Assembly: GCF_902713615.1 (NCBI RefSeq)
Contig: NC_052168.1
Span: forward strand, 11,532,001-11,596,000
Reading direction: 5' to 3'
Length of the DNA: 64,000 bases
Source of the DNA: Scyliorhinus canicula
Lineage: Eukaryota
Position 1 is the first letter of the stretch. Every line of letters starts with the position of its first letter. A model generated the notes under the pieces. That model saw only the letters and a program-made list of their open reading frames with translations, was not told the origin of the DNA and did not search any database. Below are positions 21,935 to 35,995 of the stretch, piece after piece. A program made the position numbers and the translations under genes.

Positions 21935-22265
21935 GGGCTGGATTCTCCTCGGCACCGCGTCCCCGATATTACGGGCCTCGAAAAGCAGTGTACTCGGAGA
22001 GTACACCGCACGCGTATCCCCTACCTGCCGCCATTGCTGGAGGCCCATCCCGCCATTCTCTGCCCCTGACGGCGTGGTCCACTCATGGTCCTGCTGTTCA
22101 GGATACTCGCGTGGCAGCTGCGGAATCAGTCCGCGGCCGCCATGGTCGGGGGGGGGTGGGGCGATCGGTGGGCAAGTCGGGGGGGGGGGCCTCACACGGG
22201 ACCGGTCAAATTTTGGGCGGGCGGTCAGGGTCGGACGCGCGGCCGATCGGGAGCACTATTTGCAC
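21935..22265. mobile_element. GC-rich Harbinger-like MITE fragment just upstream of the ferritin 3 promoter
   Basis: Starts GGGCTGGATTCTCC, matching the TIR of the intact element at 51347-52007. Confidence 0.6.
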
Positions 22266-22285
22266 AGAGCGGGGCGTGAAGAGTT

Positions 22286-22565
22286 GGGGCGATGATGCTG
22301 TAGTGGTATTGTCACTGGACCAGTAATCCAGACACCCAGCTCATGATTCTGGCGACCTGGGTTCAAATCCCACCACGGCAGCTGGTGAAATTTGAATCTG
22401 AAGAATAAAATCCGTATTTGAAAGCAAGTATCAGTAATGGTGACCATCAATTATTTTTCTGTGCTTTTGTAGGTTTTGTATAAAATGTTAAAAAAAAATG
22501 TAATAAAAATATTTCCAAAGAAAAAGTAATGGTGACCTTGAAACTATCAACAATTGTTTTTAAAA
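22286..22565 (+). mobile_element. tRNA-derived SINE of a third family; other copies at ~27645-28000, 29680-30060 and fragments at 54520-55300
   Basis: ...CACTGGAC(C/T)AGTAATCC...GGGTTCAAATCCCACCA head; complete copies end in GGGCAATTAGGGATGGGCAA..AATGCTGG. Confidence 0.75.
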
Positions 22566-23404
22566 TGGGGATCACAGGAAGGGCTGGTTTAGCTCAGTGG
22601 GCCAGACAGCTGGTTTGTGATGCAAAAGAAGGCCAGCAGCGCAGGTTCAATTCCCGTACCAGCTTACCTGAACAGGCGCCGGAATGTGCCGACTCGGGGC
22701 TTTTCACAGTAACTTCATACTTGTGACAATAAAATATTATTATATGGGGGAGGAAGGCAGGATCAGGCTAGTGAGTTGGATGATCAGCCATGGCGGAGCG
22801 GGCTAGAAGGGCCGAATGGCCTCCTCCTACTCCTGTTTTCTATGTTTCTCTGTCCGCGTGGGTTTCCTCCGGGTGCTCCGGTTTCCTCCCACAGCCCAAA
22901 GTTGTGCAGGTTAGGTGGATTGGTGGCGCTAAATTGACCCTGAGTATCCAAAGATTAGGTGGAGTTACGGGTTTGCTGGGGAGTGGTCCTGGGTAGGGGA
23001 CTCTTTCAGAGGGCCGGTGCGACCTCGATGGGACAAATGGCCTCCTTTCGCATTGTATGAAACATAAGGCAAATCGGAACGGGCTTCATTGATCGATTAG
23101 TGGCTTGGTGATCAATTAAAGAACAGGATCAAAGCCTTTGGTGAAAGAAACTAATTTTTGAGCAATAGTTGCTTGGATTACCGTGTTGTAATGTAGCCTA
23201 TCTTATTGGATTCATGTTCAATTTTGGATCTTATATTTTGCGATATGGGACCATGTTGCTTTCTCTGGCACTTTCGTAAAGGCTTGACTTAGCTTAAAAG
23301 AAATTGATTAACTTGGGGGGTAAAGCCACAGGTCAAGTGACATAAATGACACCCTCTCCACAGAAGCTACACTATCTACCATCCATGGTGTGACAATGGA
23401 TATT

Positions 23405-24062
23405 CTAGTTATTGTCCATCCTTAATTGCCTTTGATAAGGTGGTGGTGAGCTGCCTTCTTGAACCTCTGCAGTCCCTAAGGTGTAGGTGCACCCACTGTG
23501 CTGTTCGGGAGGGAGTTCCGGGATTTTGACCCAGCGACAGTGAAGGAAAGGCCGATATATTTCCAAGTCGGGGTGGTGAGTGACTTGGAGGGGAACTTCC
23601 AGGTGGTGGGGTTGCCAGGTTTCTGCTGCCCTTGTCCTTCTAGATGGTAGAAAGTCGTGGGTTTGGAAGGTGCTGCCTAAGGAGCCTTGGCGAGTTCCAG
23701 TAGTGCAACCTGTAGATGGTACACACATGGCTGCCACTGTTCGTCGGTGGTGGAGGGAGTGAATGTTTGGGAATGGGGTGCCAATAGAGCGGGGTGCTTT
23801 GTCCTGGATGGTGGCGAGCTTCTTGAGCGTTGTTGGAGCTGCACTCATCCAGGCAAGTGGGGAGTATTCCATTGCACTCCTGACTTGCACCTTGTAGATG
23901 GTGGACAGACTTTGGGGAGTCAGGAGGGTGAGTTACTCGCCGCAGGATTCCCAGCCTCTGACCTGCTCTGGTAGCCACAGTATTTATATGGCTGGTCCAG
24001 TTCTGGCCAAGGGTAACCCCCAGGATGTTGATAGTGGGAGATTCAGCGATGGTAATGCCGTT
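23405..24062 (-). mobile_element. CR1/L2-group LINE 3' fragment
   Basis: RAGQRLGILRRV / QVRSAMEYSPLAWMSAAPTTLKKLATIQDKA...HSLHHRRTVAA. Confidence 0.9.
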
Positions 24063-25369
24063 GTATATGAAGTCACGTCCCCTAATTGGTTCCTGCGCAA
24101 TCTGCTCTGAACTCCTGTTGCCTTTGTGAGCATCGCTTCTGCCTCATTTCCAAAGCTACGGCAGAGGAAGATCCAAAAGTAGAAACAAAGGCCCGAGGCG
24201 GCCGATCTCCTGACTGGAGGGACCCCTGGTAGCGAGATCAACATTTTTGAAACGTACTCGGTAAACAAAATGAAAGATAAGGGGTTGTTTCCGCTTTAAA
24301 AGGAAAACGTTGCCCATCCTTGAAAATAGAACATGACTCTGAGGCCTTACTTTGCAGCTGTGTCCAATAATCGGCAGAGTTGTCAGACGTGTGGTTAATG
24401 AGGTCAGCGAGAATGAGCTGTTTGATTGAAATGGGGCTGGGAGGAAGTGTGTTTTCACCCATCGGTTTCTGACAGAAAACCTCCCCCCCCCCCCCCCCGG
24501 ATGACCTTCTGGCAGAGCATTCACATCTCACGCCCGGGTCACAGCGAAAAACCGCTGTAGGCACCTCCATGGCCACCTCACTCAGGTCTTGTTTGTGTTC
24601 ATCAAAGTGGAGTGTGTTACAACAACACGAACGATTCCTGCATTTACAAGGCGCCTTGGACGTAACAGAATACATACCCACTTAAAGGACAGGGTGGAAT
24701 ACGGGTCAGAAGTTTCCCTCGGTTGGGAAGTCTGGAACCGGGGGCACAATTTCAAAATAAGGAGGAAGCCACTTCGGGCCCAGATGAGGAGACGTTTCTT
24801 TGCAATTTTCTGCCTGTTCGATTCGAGGAAGTGACTCCACGAGAGGGTCAGGAAACAAAAGGTTTAATGGACGAAGAATTAACTCTCTATGCACACCACT
24901 CCCCGAAGGGACTCCCACACCCGGGCCGGAAGTTTAATGCCCTGGATTGTTCACCCCGCTGATGAGAGATCTCCGCCCCCGGCAGCGGGGTCGTTCATAC
25001 TCCAGGAGACTCAAGGGGAGCCGAATCGGCCTGGTCCCGTAGGCCTCGTCCTGCTCATAACACTACCCCAGAAGGTGTGGAAACTCAGTCATTGAGTGCG
25101 TTTAAAGCGGAGATTGATAGATTACTGGTGAACAATACCGTTGAGGGATATGGGGAGAGTGGGTGTAAAAGGCATTGAAGTGCCCGATCAGCCACGACTG
25201 TATTGAATGGTGGAGCAGGCCCGATGGGCGGAATAGCCCACTCCTGCTCCTGCTCCTGCTCCTGCGTCGCTGGAATGGTTCAAGGTGCGCCAGAGGATGG
25301 ATTCTGGCCCCGGGTCACGTGAGGAGATGGTAGGATAGGGCTAGGGAAAAGAGCTGAGGAAGAGGGAGT

Positions 25370-26030
25370 GAGGTGAAGTCACACGGGATCAGGGGTGAGC
25401 TGGCAAGATGGATACAGAACTGGCAAGGTCATAGAAGGCAGAGAGTAGCAATGGAAGGGTGTTTTTCTGATTGGAGGGCTGTGACTAGTGGTGTTCCGCA
25501 GGGATCAGTGCTGGGACCTTTGCTGTTCGTAGTATATATAAATGATTTGGAGGAAATGTAACCCGTCTGATTAGTAAGTTTGCAGATGACACAAAGGTTG
25601 CTGGAATTGCGGATAGAGCTGAGGACTGTCAGAGGTTACAGCAGGATTTAGATCATTTGGAGACTTGGGCGGAGAGATGGCAGATGGAGTTTAATCCGGA
25701 CACATGTGAGGTAATGCATTTTGGAAGGTCTAATGCAGGTAGGGAATATACAGTGAATGGTAGAATGGTAGAATGGTAAAGTATTGACAGTCAGAGAGAT
25801 CTTGGTGTACAGGTCCACAGGTCACTGAAAGGGGCAACACAGGTGGAGAAGGTATTCAAGAAGGCATATGCTTGCCTTCATTGGCTGGGGCATTGAGTAT
25901 AAAAATTGGCAAGTCATGTTGCAGCTGTATAGAACCTTAGTTAGGCCACACTTGGAGTATAGTGTTCAATTCTTGTCTACCAGAAGGATGTGGAGGCTTT
26001 AGAGAGGGTGCAGAAGAGATTTACCACTCA
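25370..26030 (+). mobile_element. CR1 LINE RT fragment
   Basis: SHGIRGELARWIQNW...VTSGVPQGSVLGPLLFVVYINDL, SKFADDTK. Confidence 0.92.
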
Positions 26031-26254
26031 ATACCATCAGAAGATGAATGACCACCTTTATAGCAGCTCGGATAATTAACCACCTCTGTGCCCCTGGCTT
26101 GTAATGCAGAACGAGGCCAGCAGCGCGAGTTCAATTCCCGTACCGGCCTCCCCGAACAGGTGCCGGAATGTGGTGACTAGGGGCTTTTCACAGTAACTTC
26201 ATTGAAGCCTACTTGTGACAATAAGCGATTATTATTATTGTTATTATTATCACC

Positions 26255-29200
26255 CCCCCGTCCTTCACTCCTCACATCTCCCCCCAATCCCCTAGAGCCC
26301 AGCAACACTCCACCTGCCTGCATCACCCTGACAACCCATCCTCCATCAATCCCCAACACATGTACTGTGCTCTGTGGCCAGGAGCCTTGCGCACACATAC
26401 CACGTTACCAGCCCTCTACAAAACCCGCATCCCAGCATCTCACTATGTCCCCTATGCGTCCCCAAGGATAAATGGCCCATAATTTCCAGGGGCACCAGAG
26501 GATGGGAAGGGGCATTCCAGATATCCAGGTCCACATCCTCTCCGAGGAAAGGCCCCAGCACCTCACGGGGGAGGCCGAGGAGAGGGCTGCGATGGAGGTC
26601 GGCATGTGCCAAACAAATGAGTCCAATGCCAAGTAGATGTCCCTTAGAACAAGTGAGTCACTCCTCGCTCACAGACCAGTTCTTCCCAAGATTTCACCCC
26701 ATGTCTTTATCATGCAGGATCCCCGTCAGGTGAGACTGGGCCACCCAGGGTCGCTGCCTCCCATCCCGGACCCCCCTGATCACCCCGGAGCACCACTCCA
26801 GGGAAGACACCGACGCCTCGGCACTGCTGTCACCTGCACCGTCCACCATCACAGAGACTACCCCCTCGGTGGGTAACGTTAGTGATCAGGCTCCTGGGTC
26901 ACCCTCTGGTGAGCGCCGCACACACACAAGCTGCAGCACATCAGGTAGAGGCAGGGACTTCCGAGGGAGCGGGTGGTCAGAGGGTTGCCCCATCCCAGGC
27001 ATTACCAGACCAGACCCCAACAGTTGCTAGGATACTGGACAGAAACCCCAATATTTTATTTTAAGTTTGTAAGACTGCGAGGATACTTTGCTCCAGAAAT
27101 GATTTCACAGAAAATAGGGATGTGAAATGAAAAATGAAAATCGCTTATTGTCACGAGTAGGCTTCAATGAAGTTACTGTGAAAAGCCCCTAGTCGCCACA
27201 TTCCGGCGCCTGTCCGGGGAGGCTGGTACGGGAATCGAACCGTGCTGCTGGTCTGCTTGGTCTGCTTTCAAAGCCAGCGATTTAGCCGAGTGAGCTAAAC
27301 CAGCCCCTAAGTGGTAGATTAAAACAAACTTTATCACTAATACAGGGAGCTGGTGGCATAATAATCTTTGTTATTGTCACAAGTAGGCTTATATTAACAC
27401 TGCAATGAAGTTACTGTGAAAATTGCCACACTCCGGCGCCTGTTCGGGGACACAGAGGGGGAATTCAGAATGTCCAAATTACCGAGCAGCACGTCTTTCG
27501 GGACTGGTGGGAGGAAACCGGAGCACCCGGAGGAAACCCACGCAGACACGGGGAGGACAGACAGTGATCCAAGCTGGGAATCGAACCTGGGACCCGGGAG
27601 CTGTGAAGCAACAGTGCTAACCGCAGTGCTACCCTGCCGCCCTCGTACTGGATTTGTCACTGGACTAGTAATCCGGAGACCCAGGGTAATGCTCTGGGGT
27701 CCTGGGTTCGAATCCCACCACAGCAGAAAATTTGAATTCGCTAAAAATCTGGAATTAAAAGTCTAACGACGGCCATGACACCGTCGTCGATTGTCGTAAA
27801 ACCCCGTCTGATTCAGATTCACTAATGGCCTTTAGGGAGGGAAATCTGCTGCCCTTACATGGTCTGGCCTACATGACCCACTGCAATGGGGTTGACTCTT
27901 CAATGACTTCTAAAATGACCGAGCAAATCCACTCCGTCCATCCCTCAGCCACGAGGGATGCTCAATAAATGCAGCTGGCGACGCCCAGGTCCCCTGAAAT
28001 CTTTTTTTAAAAACAGTATTAAAATATCTTTAACGTCACTCCTGAAAATAACTTAATTATTTTAGTAAATTAATCTGTCTTGGTGGGATTCAAACCCAAT
28101 TACTCCTTAAACAATGCAAATAACTTCAGTGAATACTCAACTGCTATCTTTATTTCCACGCAAACAACGAAGAAAACCATCCTGGCTCTCAATCCACTGT
28201 TGAGAGGAAGACCTGCTTTACAGAGATATTCTTTCAGAAAGAGAGATCTTTTGATGCTGTTTCAAAGACAAGGGGCGGAATTCTCCGCTCCCGGGAAAAA
28301 TCAGGAGGGCCGTCGTGTACTCGGCCGAGTTTCACGACGGTCTCGGAGGCCGCTCCTCGCCCCCTATTCTCCCGTCCTGGCGGGGCTAGGAGCGGCGCTC
28401 CGTAAATCTCGGCCGCGGGGGCGTCGCACCAAGAATGACGCGGCCGGCTAGCCTAATGATGTCAGCTGCGCATGCGCAGGTTGGCCGGCCCCAACCCGCG
28501 CATGTGCGGCTGATGTCGTGACGCTGACGGCTTGAACCCGCGCATGCGCGGTGGCCGTCTTTCCCCTCAGCCGCCCCACAGACGTGGCGGCTTGATCTTG
28601 CGGGGCGGCGGAGGGGAAATAGTGCGTCCGATTTGGACGCCGGCCCGACGATCAGTGGGCCCCGATCGCGGGCCTGTCCCCTCCCGAGCACAGTCGTGGT
28701 GCTCTTTCCTTGCTAGGCCACCTACAAGCCCTAAACAGGCTTCTCACTCTCGTTTCACGACGGCAGCGACCAGGTGTGTTTGCCGCCGTCGTGAAACGGT
28801 TCGCCTTTCCAGCCACACTGCTCTCCTGTCCGCTGACATCTTTTAACTGAACTGCAGAGAGAAAACTGCTTGATTTCCGGTCACAGCTTCAGTTGGAATT
28901 CCACGGACCCGCTTTCCCTGCAAACGCCTGCAATGCAGTTCTTCCCAGTAGCGTCATAACCTTACCAAGCTGAAACCTAATTAACTCCACAGGGAATGCC
29001 CCTAATCTGAACCACATTCCACTAGCCCAAGCTTTTTACAATGCTTTAATTGCACCCCTGGGTGCCAAAAGCTCGGTTGCCTTTCAAATTAGGAATTCTT
29101 TCAAAACGTGACCGCAGCAGTCACACACGCACTGATCCCACTTTTAACACTCACTGCACCAAATACCTGCAATGCAATACAGCTGAAACTCCTCCATTCA

Positions 29201-29678
29201 TCCACACAGGAGTCTCCCTTCTGGGAAGTATGATCCCGTCACTGGTACAGATGCAGACACAGAGCCAGGATTTACAGGAGATTTGTGTCAGCAACTTTCC
29301 AGCACCTGGAAGTACAGCCGGACGAATCCAGCCTCCTTCAGGCGCAGGAGATGGTGCCGACAGTGCGTGGTACCCAGGCCAACACTGAAAGGGTGGAGTC
29401 CGCGATGGAAGGCCTGGGGACGAGATGTCAGAGCCATGTGACAGGATGTCCAAAGCGTGGGGCACGCTGCGCTGCCCATGGTTGAGGCGCAGAAGAGGAG
29501 ACTCCAGCCACAGGCGGACATGTCCCGGGCGAACATGGAAATTGTTGCAGTGCTCCAGGGATTGACCCTGCCACCCGCCCAGCGAACCGTCGCAAGGCCT
29601 AATTACCGCCCCATTTACAGGCACTTGGAAGAGGTTGGACAGAAGGACGGAGGACATCTCCATGGCAACATTGGGTGA
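26255..29678 (+). mobile_element. Relic of a Harbinger Myb/SANT-like ORF (C-terminal part) split by the LTR-like insertion at 27000-29206
   Basis: 26472: MAHNFQGHQRMGRGIPDIQVHILSEERPQHLTGEAEERAA (AHN..ER..TGGG-like motif); 29220+: coiled-coil-like LVQMQTQSQDLQE/SATFQHLEVQ...QAQEMVPTVRGTQANTERVESAMEGL. Confidence 0.55.
27000..29206 (-). mobile_element. LTR-like element containing three SINEs and a GC-rich MITE (28271-28800)
   Basis: Flanked by CAGG at 26996-26999 and 29207-29210; left end is the reverse complement homolog of 45270-45400. Confidence 0.55.
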
Positions 29679-32349
29679 CGTTGTGATAATGCCACTGCAC
29701 TAGTAATCCCGAGGCCCAGACAAATGCTCTGGGGACGTGGGTTCAAATCCCGTCACGGTGAAGCTTCAAATTCTATCAAGCAACGGACCTGGAACGTAAA
29801 GCCAGCCTCAGCAACGATGACCATGAAGCCATGGTCGATTGTTGTAAAAACCCATCTGGTTCACTAATGTCCTTCAGGGAAGGAAATCTGCCGTCCTTAC
29901 CCGGTCTGGCCTACACGTGACTCCAGACCCACAGAAATGTGGTTGACTCCTAAATGCCCCTCTGAAATGGCCCAGAAAGCCATTAAATTCGAGGGCAATT
30001 AGGAATGGGCAAAAAATGCTGGCCCAGCCACCGACTCCCCCTGCCCATGAAAGAATATGAAAATAATGGGGGAGAGGGGGCATTGGGAAAGTCTCAGATT
30101 TCACTGAACCTTGCCAGTCATGTAGAGGAAGCCATTTGGGTCTTTTTTTTAAAACTCAGTTCCTGAAATCTCGTCAATTTCCCCTTTCCTTCTAAATTGA
30201 ACCGGGCTCAGGTACCGTAATCCTTTGAATAAATGCACACCTTTCAGTTCATATTGCGGGACTGTCTCACTCTGAACTGGTCCACCGTGTTTGACATGGC
30301 GGGCGTTCCAGCGTTCCCTGATCCCTTTAGCCCGTAGATATTGTATCCCAAGTCCCTGTAACTGGCAGGGTGCTGATAGGGAGCCCCACACCCTCCCAAC
30401 ACCCATGCAGGGGACCGGCAACCCCATGCAGCTTGGCAGTGCCAACCTGGCTGTGCCCCTGCCAGGCTAGCACCAGGTGGCACAGCCAGGGTGCAAGGCT
30501 GGAAGTGCCAGGGTGCCTCAATGGCACCAGCAGTTCCAGGGTAACATGCTGCCCAAAGGGGGTTCACCTGGGGGCCTCCAAACCCATGACTGCCATTCTG
30601 TCTGCCCCCTGTTTGCGGAGACCAGTACTGAGAGATCCCAACACCTCAGGTACCTCAGGAAGCTGCACATTAAAGTGAGACTAGCCGTCTCTCTCTCCAA
30701 TATGCAGATTTGCTAAAAAGTGATCCTGCCCACAATGGGCCGGATTTACATCGCAACGTCTGGCAAGATCGCATTAGATCTCGCGAGGTGTTGTGAGCCG
30801 GGTAGATCCCGGGAGCGGGATATCCCGGCTTCTATTGGCTACGCTGCACCGTGGCGAGCTACGTTTCCGGCACAGGATTGCGCCTTGGGATCAAACGCCT
30901 AATGGTGACGGTGAAAACCACCTGGTTCATTAAAGGTCCTTGAAGGGAAATCTGCAATTCTTATCGGGGCTGGTTTAGCACAGGGCTGAATCGCTGGCTT
31001 TTAAAGCACGCCGAGACAGGCCAGCAGCGTGGGTTCAATTCCCGTACCGGCCTCCCCGAACAGGCGCCGGAATGTGGCGACTAGGGGCTTTTCACAGGAA
31101 CTTCATTTGAAGCCGACTTGTGACATTGAGCGATTTTCGTTTCACTTCCATGACCATCTCACTCGGTTCCAGGGCAATCCAGCCCATGTCCCGCAAATTG
31201 AGTTTTTTGTTTTAAAAAGGACTTGACCCAGTCGCTATTCTGGTAAAAGTCCTCAGCCCAGCCCTGGTTGCCTTGGTGCGCAGTTCCGAGTTAAGTTGCT
31301 GACGGTACTGCAATCTGTATTTAGCTGAATTCAGAGGTTTATGGTAATCGCTGGGAGATGGGTCTGAGCTTTCACAGCTTGAGAGGAAGTGGCTGTGATC
31401 AGAGTGCTGAGGGCCAGTGCACGGCAAACCTTTGAAACACACGCCGGCGATGTTCTGAACACCCCCTCACTGTCGGGGAACAGTGTCGCACAGCAAGACC
31501 CATTCCGGTCACCTTCGTACTCACATTGCCTCACGCTAGCACGGAACTGTGAAGGGAACAATTTTGCAGAGAGACATGGAGAACAGCCAGGCGGGTAAGC
31601 AACCTCTTGTTTTCCTTTTTTTGGCCGCTGATTGACTGCTCCTTCTGCGGTTGGCCGGGCTTTGGTGAAGTGTCCTTCCCCCGAGGCCCGGGCCCCCCGA
31701 GACAGGGCAGCACAGAAAGATCCCAAGCCCCACGCCCCTCGAGCAGCAGGTTAGACTGCCCTCAACCGGGTTAGGGACGCCCCCATTCCCGACCCCGACT
31801 GTTGTTCGGCAACCTCCTGCCGGGAGGCTCGGCTGCTGTGTGGGGTGGGGGTTCGGGGGGGCGGGAGGGGGGGGGGACATCAGATGGGAAATAGGGTGAG
31901 TTCTAGGTGCTATGCACCATGTGGTTGAATCGCAGTCCAAGACGGAAGATGAAGAATGGCTGAAGTTCGGGGAGGCCGGTACGGGAAAAGAATGGCCCAT
32001 ATAGTTGGGGGGGGGGGGGGTTGTCTGCATCGGGGGGTAGCTGGAAAATTGGTCGAACAGAGGGGGTTATCTGTGTACCAGGTTTTGAATGTTTCGAACC
32101 CACCTGCTCTGGATTTTTATTTAACCTTGCGGTGTCTGAGTGTGCGTGAGGTTCTACAATGAGGCTCAGCCTTAACTGGGAGAGGCGTTGTGAAAGGCAG
32201 CCATCTGAATGGGTGAGACAGGAATCGAAGCTGGGGGCACCAGCAAGGGGAGCTTTGCTGGTTTTCCAGAAGGTTCCCATTGGCAGTTTCTCTTTCATTC
32301 GTTCAAGGGCGTCGCTGGAACTCATTGTCCTAAAGATTCCCTTTTTATA

Positions 32350-35300
32350 GCTTCACCGGACGTGGGTGTCGCTGGCTGGGCCCAGCATTTGTTGCCCATC
32401 CCTAATTTCCCCTTCAGAAGGTGGTGGTGAGCCGCCTTCTTGGCATTTATTGCCAGCGCAATGGGTGTAGATACGCCCACAGCGCTGTTAGGGAGGGAGT
32501 TCCAGGATTTTGACGCAGCGACAGCGAAGGAACGACCGATATATTTCCAAGTCAGGATGGTGGGAAGCTTGGAGGGGAACCTCCAGGTGGTGGGGTTCCC
32601 AGGTATCTGCTACTCTTGTCTTTCTAGACGGTAGAGGTCACTGGCTTGGAAGATGCTGCCTAAGGAGCCTTGGCGAGTTACTGCAGTGTGTCTTGTAGAT
32701 TGTACACACGGCTGCCACTGTGCGTCTGTGGTGGGGTGAGTGAATGTTTGTGCAAGGGGAGCAATCGATCGGGGCTGCTTTGTCCTGGATGGTGTCGAGC
32801 TCCTTTTAAAAAAAATTTAGAGTACCTTAATTCATTTTTTCCAATTAAGGGGCAATTTAGCGTGGCCGATCCACCTACCCTGCACATTTTTTTTTTTTTA
32901 ACATAGAATTTACAGTGCAGAAGGAGGCCATTCGGCCCATCGAGTCTGCACCGGCTCTTGGAAAGAGCACCCTACCCAAGGTCAACACCTCCACCCTATC
33001 CCCACAACCCCAGCAACCCCACCCAACACTAAGGGCAATTTTGGACACTAAGGGCAATTTATCACGGCCAATCCACCTAACCTGCACATCTTTGGACTGT
33101 GGGAGGAAACCGGAGCACCCGGAGGAAACCCACGCAGCCACGGGGAGGACGTGCAGACTCCGCACAGACAGTGACCCAAGCCAGAATCGAACCTGGGACC
33201 CTGGAGCTGTGAAGCGATTGTGCTATCCACAATGCTACTGTGCTGCCCACATCTTTGGGTTGTGGGGGTGAAACCCACGCAAACACGGGGAGAATGTGCA
33301 AACTCCACACGGACAGTGACCCAGAGCCGGGATCAAACCTGGGACCTCGGCGCCGTGAGACTGCAGTGCTAACCACTGCGCCATCGTGCTGCACCATGGT
33401 GTCAAGCTTCTTGAATGTTGTTGGAGCTGCACTCACCCAGGTAAGTGGAGAGCATTCTATCACACTGCTGACTTGTGCCTTGTAGATAGTGGACAGGCTT
33501 TTCGGAACCAGGAGGTGGGTTACTCACCGCAGGATTCCCAGCCTTTGACTTGCTCTTATAGTCACAGTATTTACATGGCTGGTCCAGTTCAGTGTCTGGT
33601 CAATGGTAACCCCCAGGATGTTGTTGGTGGGGAATTTAATGATGGTAATGCCACTGAATATCATGGGAAAATGGTTAGATCCTTGTCATAATATACACAC
33701 AAGTATATGATGGCGCATAGACAGACACTGACTGACACACTGAAAGACCAATCAACACACAGAACACAGCAACCAATCACAGGTCACGGCCACAATAAAG
33801 CCAGAGGGCGCTAGTTTTCCCGCTCTCTCGGGATGCAGCCTCTGAGACAGCCAGAGACCGTGATCAGCAACACGAACACCCACCATGTGCTAGCAGGATA
33901 GTCTGGTCAGGTTAGCCTCAGGTCTCCAGTCAACCTAACATAGTGTCAACCCACAGTGCAAGTATGTTTAACAGCTCATAGTTAAATAAAATAGAGTTGT
34001 ACTTCTACAAGTGTTGGTAGCCTGTCTCTCTCACTGTTCTGGTAAACGCAGTCCTCGCAGACCCAGCACACCCAACACATCAATCCTCTCTTGTTGGAAA
34101 TGTTAATTGCCTGGCACTTGTTTGAGGTGAATGTTGTCCAGGCCTTAGAACATAGAACATAGAACATTACAGCGCAGTACAGGCCCTTCGGCCCTCGATG
34201 TTGCGCCGACCTGTGAAACCCCTCTGAAGCCCATCTACACTATTCCCTTATCGTCCATATGTCTATCCAATGACCATTTGAATGCGTTTAGTGTTGGCGA
34301 GTCCACTTCTGTTGCAGGCATATGTTGCTAAATATGGATCTGGACTGCGGAGTAGAATCATAGAATCATAGAATTTACAGTGCAGAAGGATGCAATCATT
34401 AGGGAGCATTCCCACTTCTGACCTTATGATGGAGGGAAGGTCATTGATGAAATAGCTGGAGATGATTGGGGCCTTCGACATTACCCTGAGGAACACCTGC
34501 AGTGACGTCCTGGAGCTCAGATGGTTGACCTCCAACCACCACGGCCATCTTTCTTTAAGCCAGGTATGACTCCAACCAGGGGCGGCACGGTGGTGCAGTG
34601 GTTAGCACTGCTGCCTACGGCTCTGAGGGCCCGGGTTCGATCCCTGCCCCGGGTCACTGTCTGTGTGGAGTTTGCACATTCTCCCTGTGCCTGCGTGGGT
34701 CTCACCCCCACAACCCAAAGATGTGCAGGTTAGGTGGATTGGCCGCATTAAAATTGTCCCATAATTGGGAAAAAATAATTGGTTACTCTAAATTGATGGA
34801 AAAAGGTATGATCCCAGCTAGCAGAGCCCCCCCCCCCTCCCCCCCCCCCCACCTCCCCCCCCCCTCCCCCACGATTCTAATTGACTCCAGTTTAGCTAGG
34901 GCTCTTTGATGCCAGACTCGAACAAATGCTGCCTTGATGTCAAGGGCAGTCACTCTCACCTCACCGCTCGAGTTCAGCTCTTTTGTCCATGTTTGAACTA
35001 AGGCTGTAATGAGGTCAGGAGCTGAGTGACTTTGTCCGAGCCCAGACTGAGCATCAGTGAGCAGGTCATTAATGAGCAACTATCGCTTGTTAGCGCAGCC
35101 GACAATACCTTGAAATGAAAATGAAAAATGAAAATCGCTTATTGTCACGAGTAGGCTTCAATGAAGTTACTGTGAAAAGCCCCCAGTCGCCACATTCCGG
35201 CGCCTGTCCGGGGAGGCTGGTACGGGAATCGAACCGTGCTGCTGGCCTGTTTTAAAAGCCAGCGATTTAGCCTGGTGAGCTAAACCAGCCCCCTTTCATC

Positions 35301-35520
35301 ACCTTCAAGACGATCGAGAGTAAACTGATGGGGCAGCTAATTGGCTGGGTTGGATTCCTCCTGTTTTCTGTGTACAGGACATACCTGGGCAATTTTCCCC
35401 ATTGCCGAATAGATGCCAGTCTTGTAGCTGTACTGGAACAGCTTGGCGAGGGGTGAGGCAAGTTCTGGAGCTCAAATCTCCAGCACCATTGCCGGAATAT
35501 TGCCAGGGCCCAGAGCCTTT
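32350..35520 (-). mobile_element. CR1/L2-group LINE broken by nested SINEs (32810-33395, 34580-34795, 35110-35292) and a solo LTR
   Basis: IECSPLTWVSAAPTTFKKLDT; FINDLPSIIRSEVGM; QSHSAPDLITALVQTWTKELNSSGEVRVTALDIKAAFVRVWH. Confidence 0.88.
33684..34082 (+). mobile_element. Solo LTR
   Basis: TGTCAT...ACATCA termini, internal AATAAA, 5-bp TSD ATCCT (33679-33683, 34083-34087). Confidence 0.88.
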
Positions 35521-35995
35521 TGCTGCTGATAGCGGCTGAGTCCATTTCCTCCTGTCTTACCTCAAGTGGAAACGACAGCTCGATCTCACATTCTCCATTT
35601 AGTTTCTGCCCTATTCAAAGAGTTCGCCTCTTAGTCGCTTCTTTTCAGAGTTGAGAAACCTCATTTCCTGAGGTTTGGGTCCCAAAATTAGACTCCTAAT
35701 GTTGTGGGTCGATCACGTGATCCGAAGGTCTCTCTTCTAGGTCTCTCTGTGACCAGAAATGGCCATGTATTGGATTGCTGTCTATTGAGGTTGCAGAATC
35801 TCCCCAGCTGCCTTTTTTTGATACCCTCAGGAACCAGTCACTGGAAGCTGCTCCCATGAATTAACACGGACATTCCGGACGGCATATTATAAAAAGGGAT
35901 GTCGAGACGCTTGAGAGGGTGCAGAAAACACTTCCAGATGGGTGACCATTCTCTTGAACAAAGACTTGACTGACGTCTTTAAAAAGGGCTGAAAG

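Noticed and set aside
23984-24681. Several overlapping ORFs in unique-looking sequence; similar at 31212-31726
   Set aside because: No recognisable homology or consistent exon structure; I could not match them by eye to usual ferritin neighbours such as BAX.
24801-25062. Possible small solo LTR inside a CR1 3' end
   Set aside because: It has TG...CA ends but no target-site duplication, so it is not supported well enough to list.
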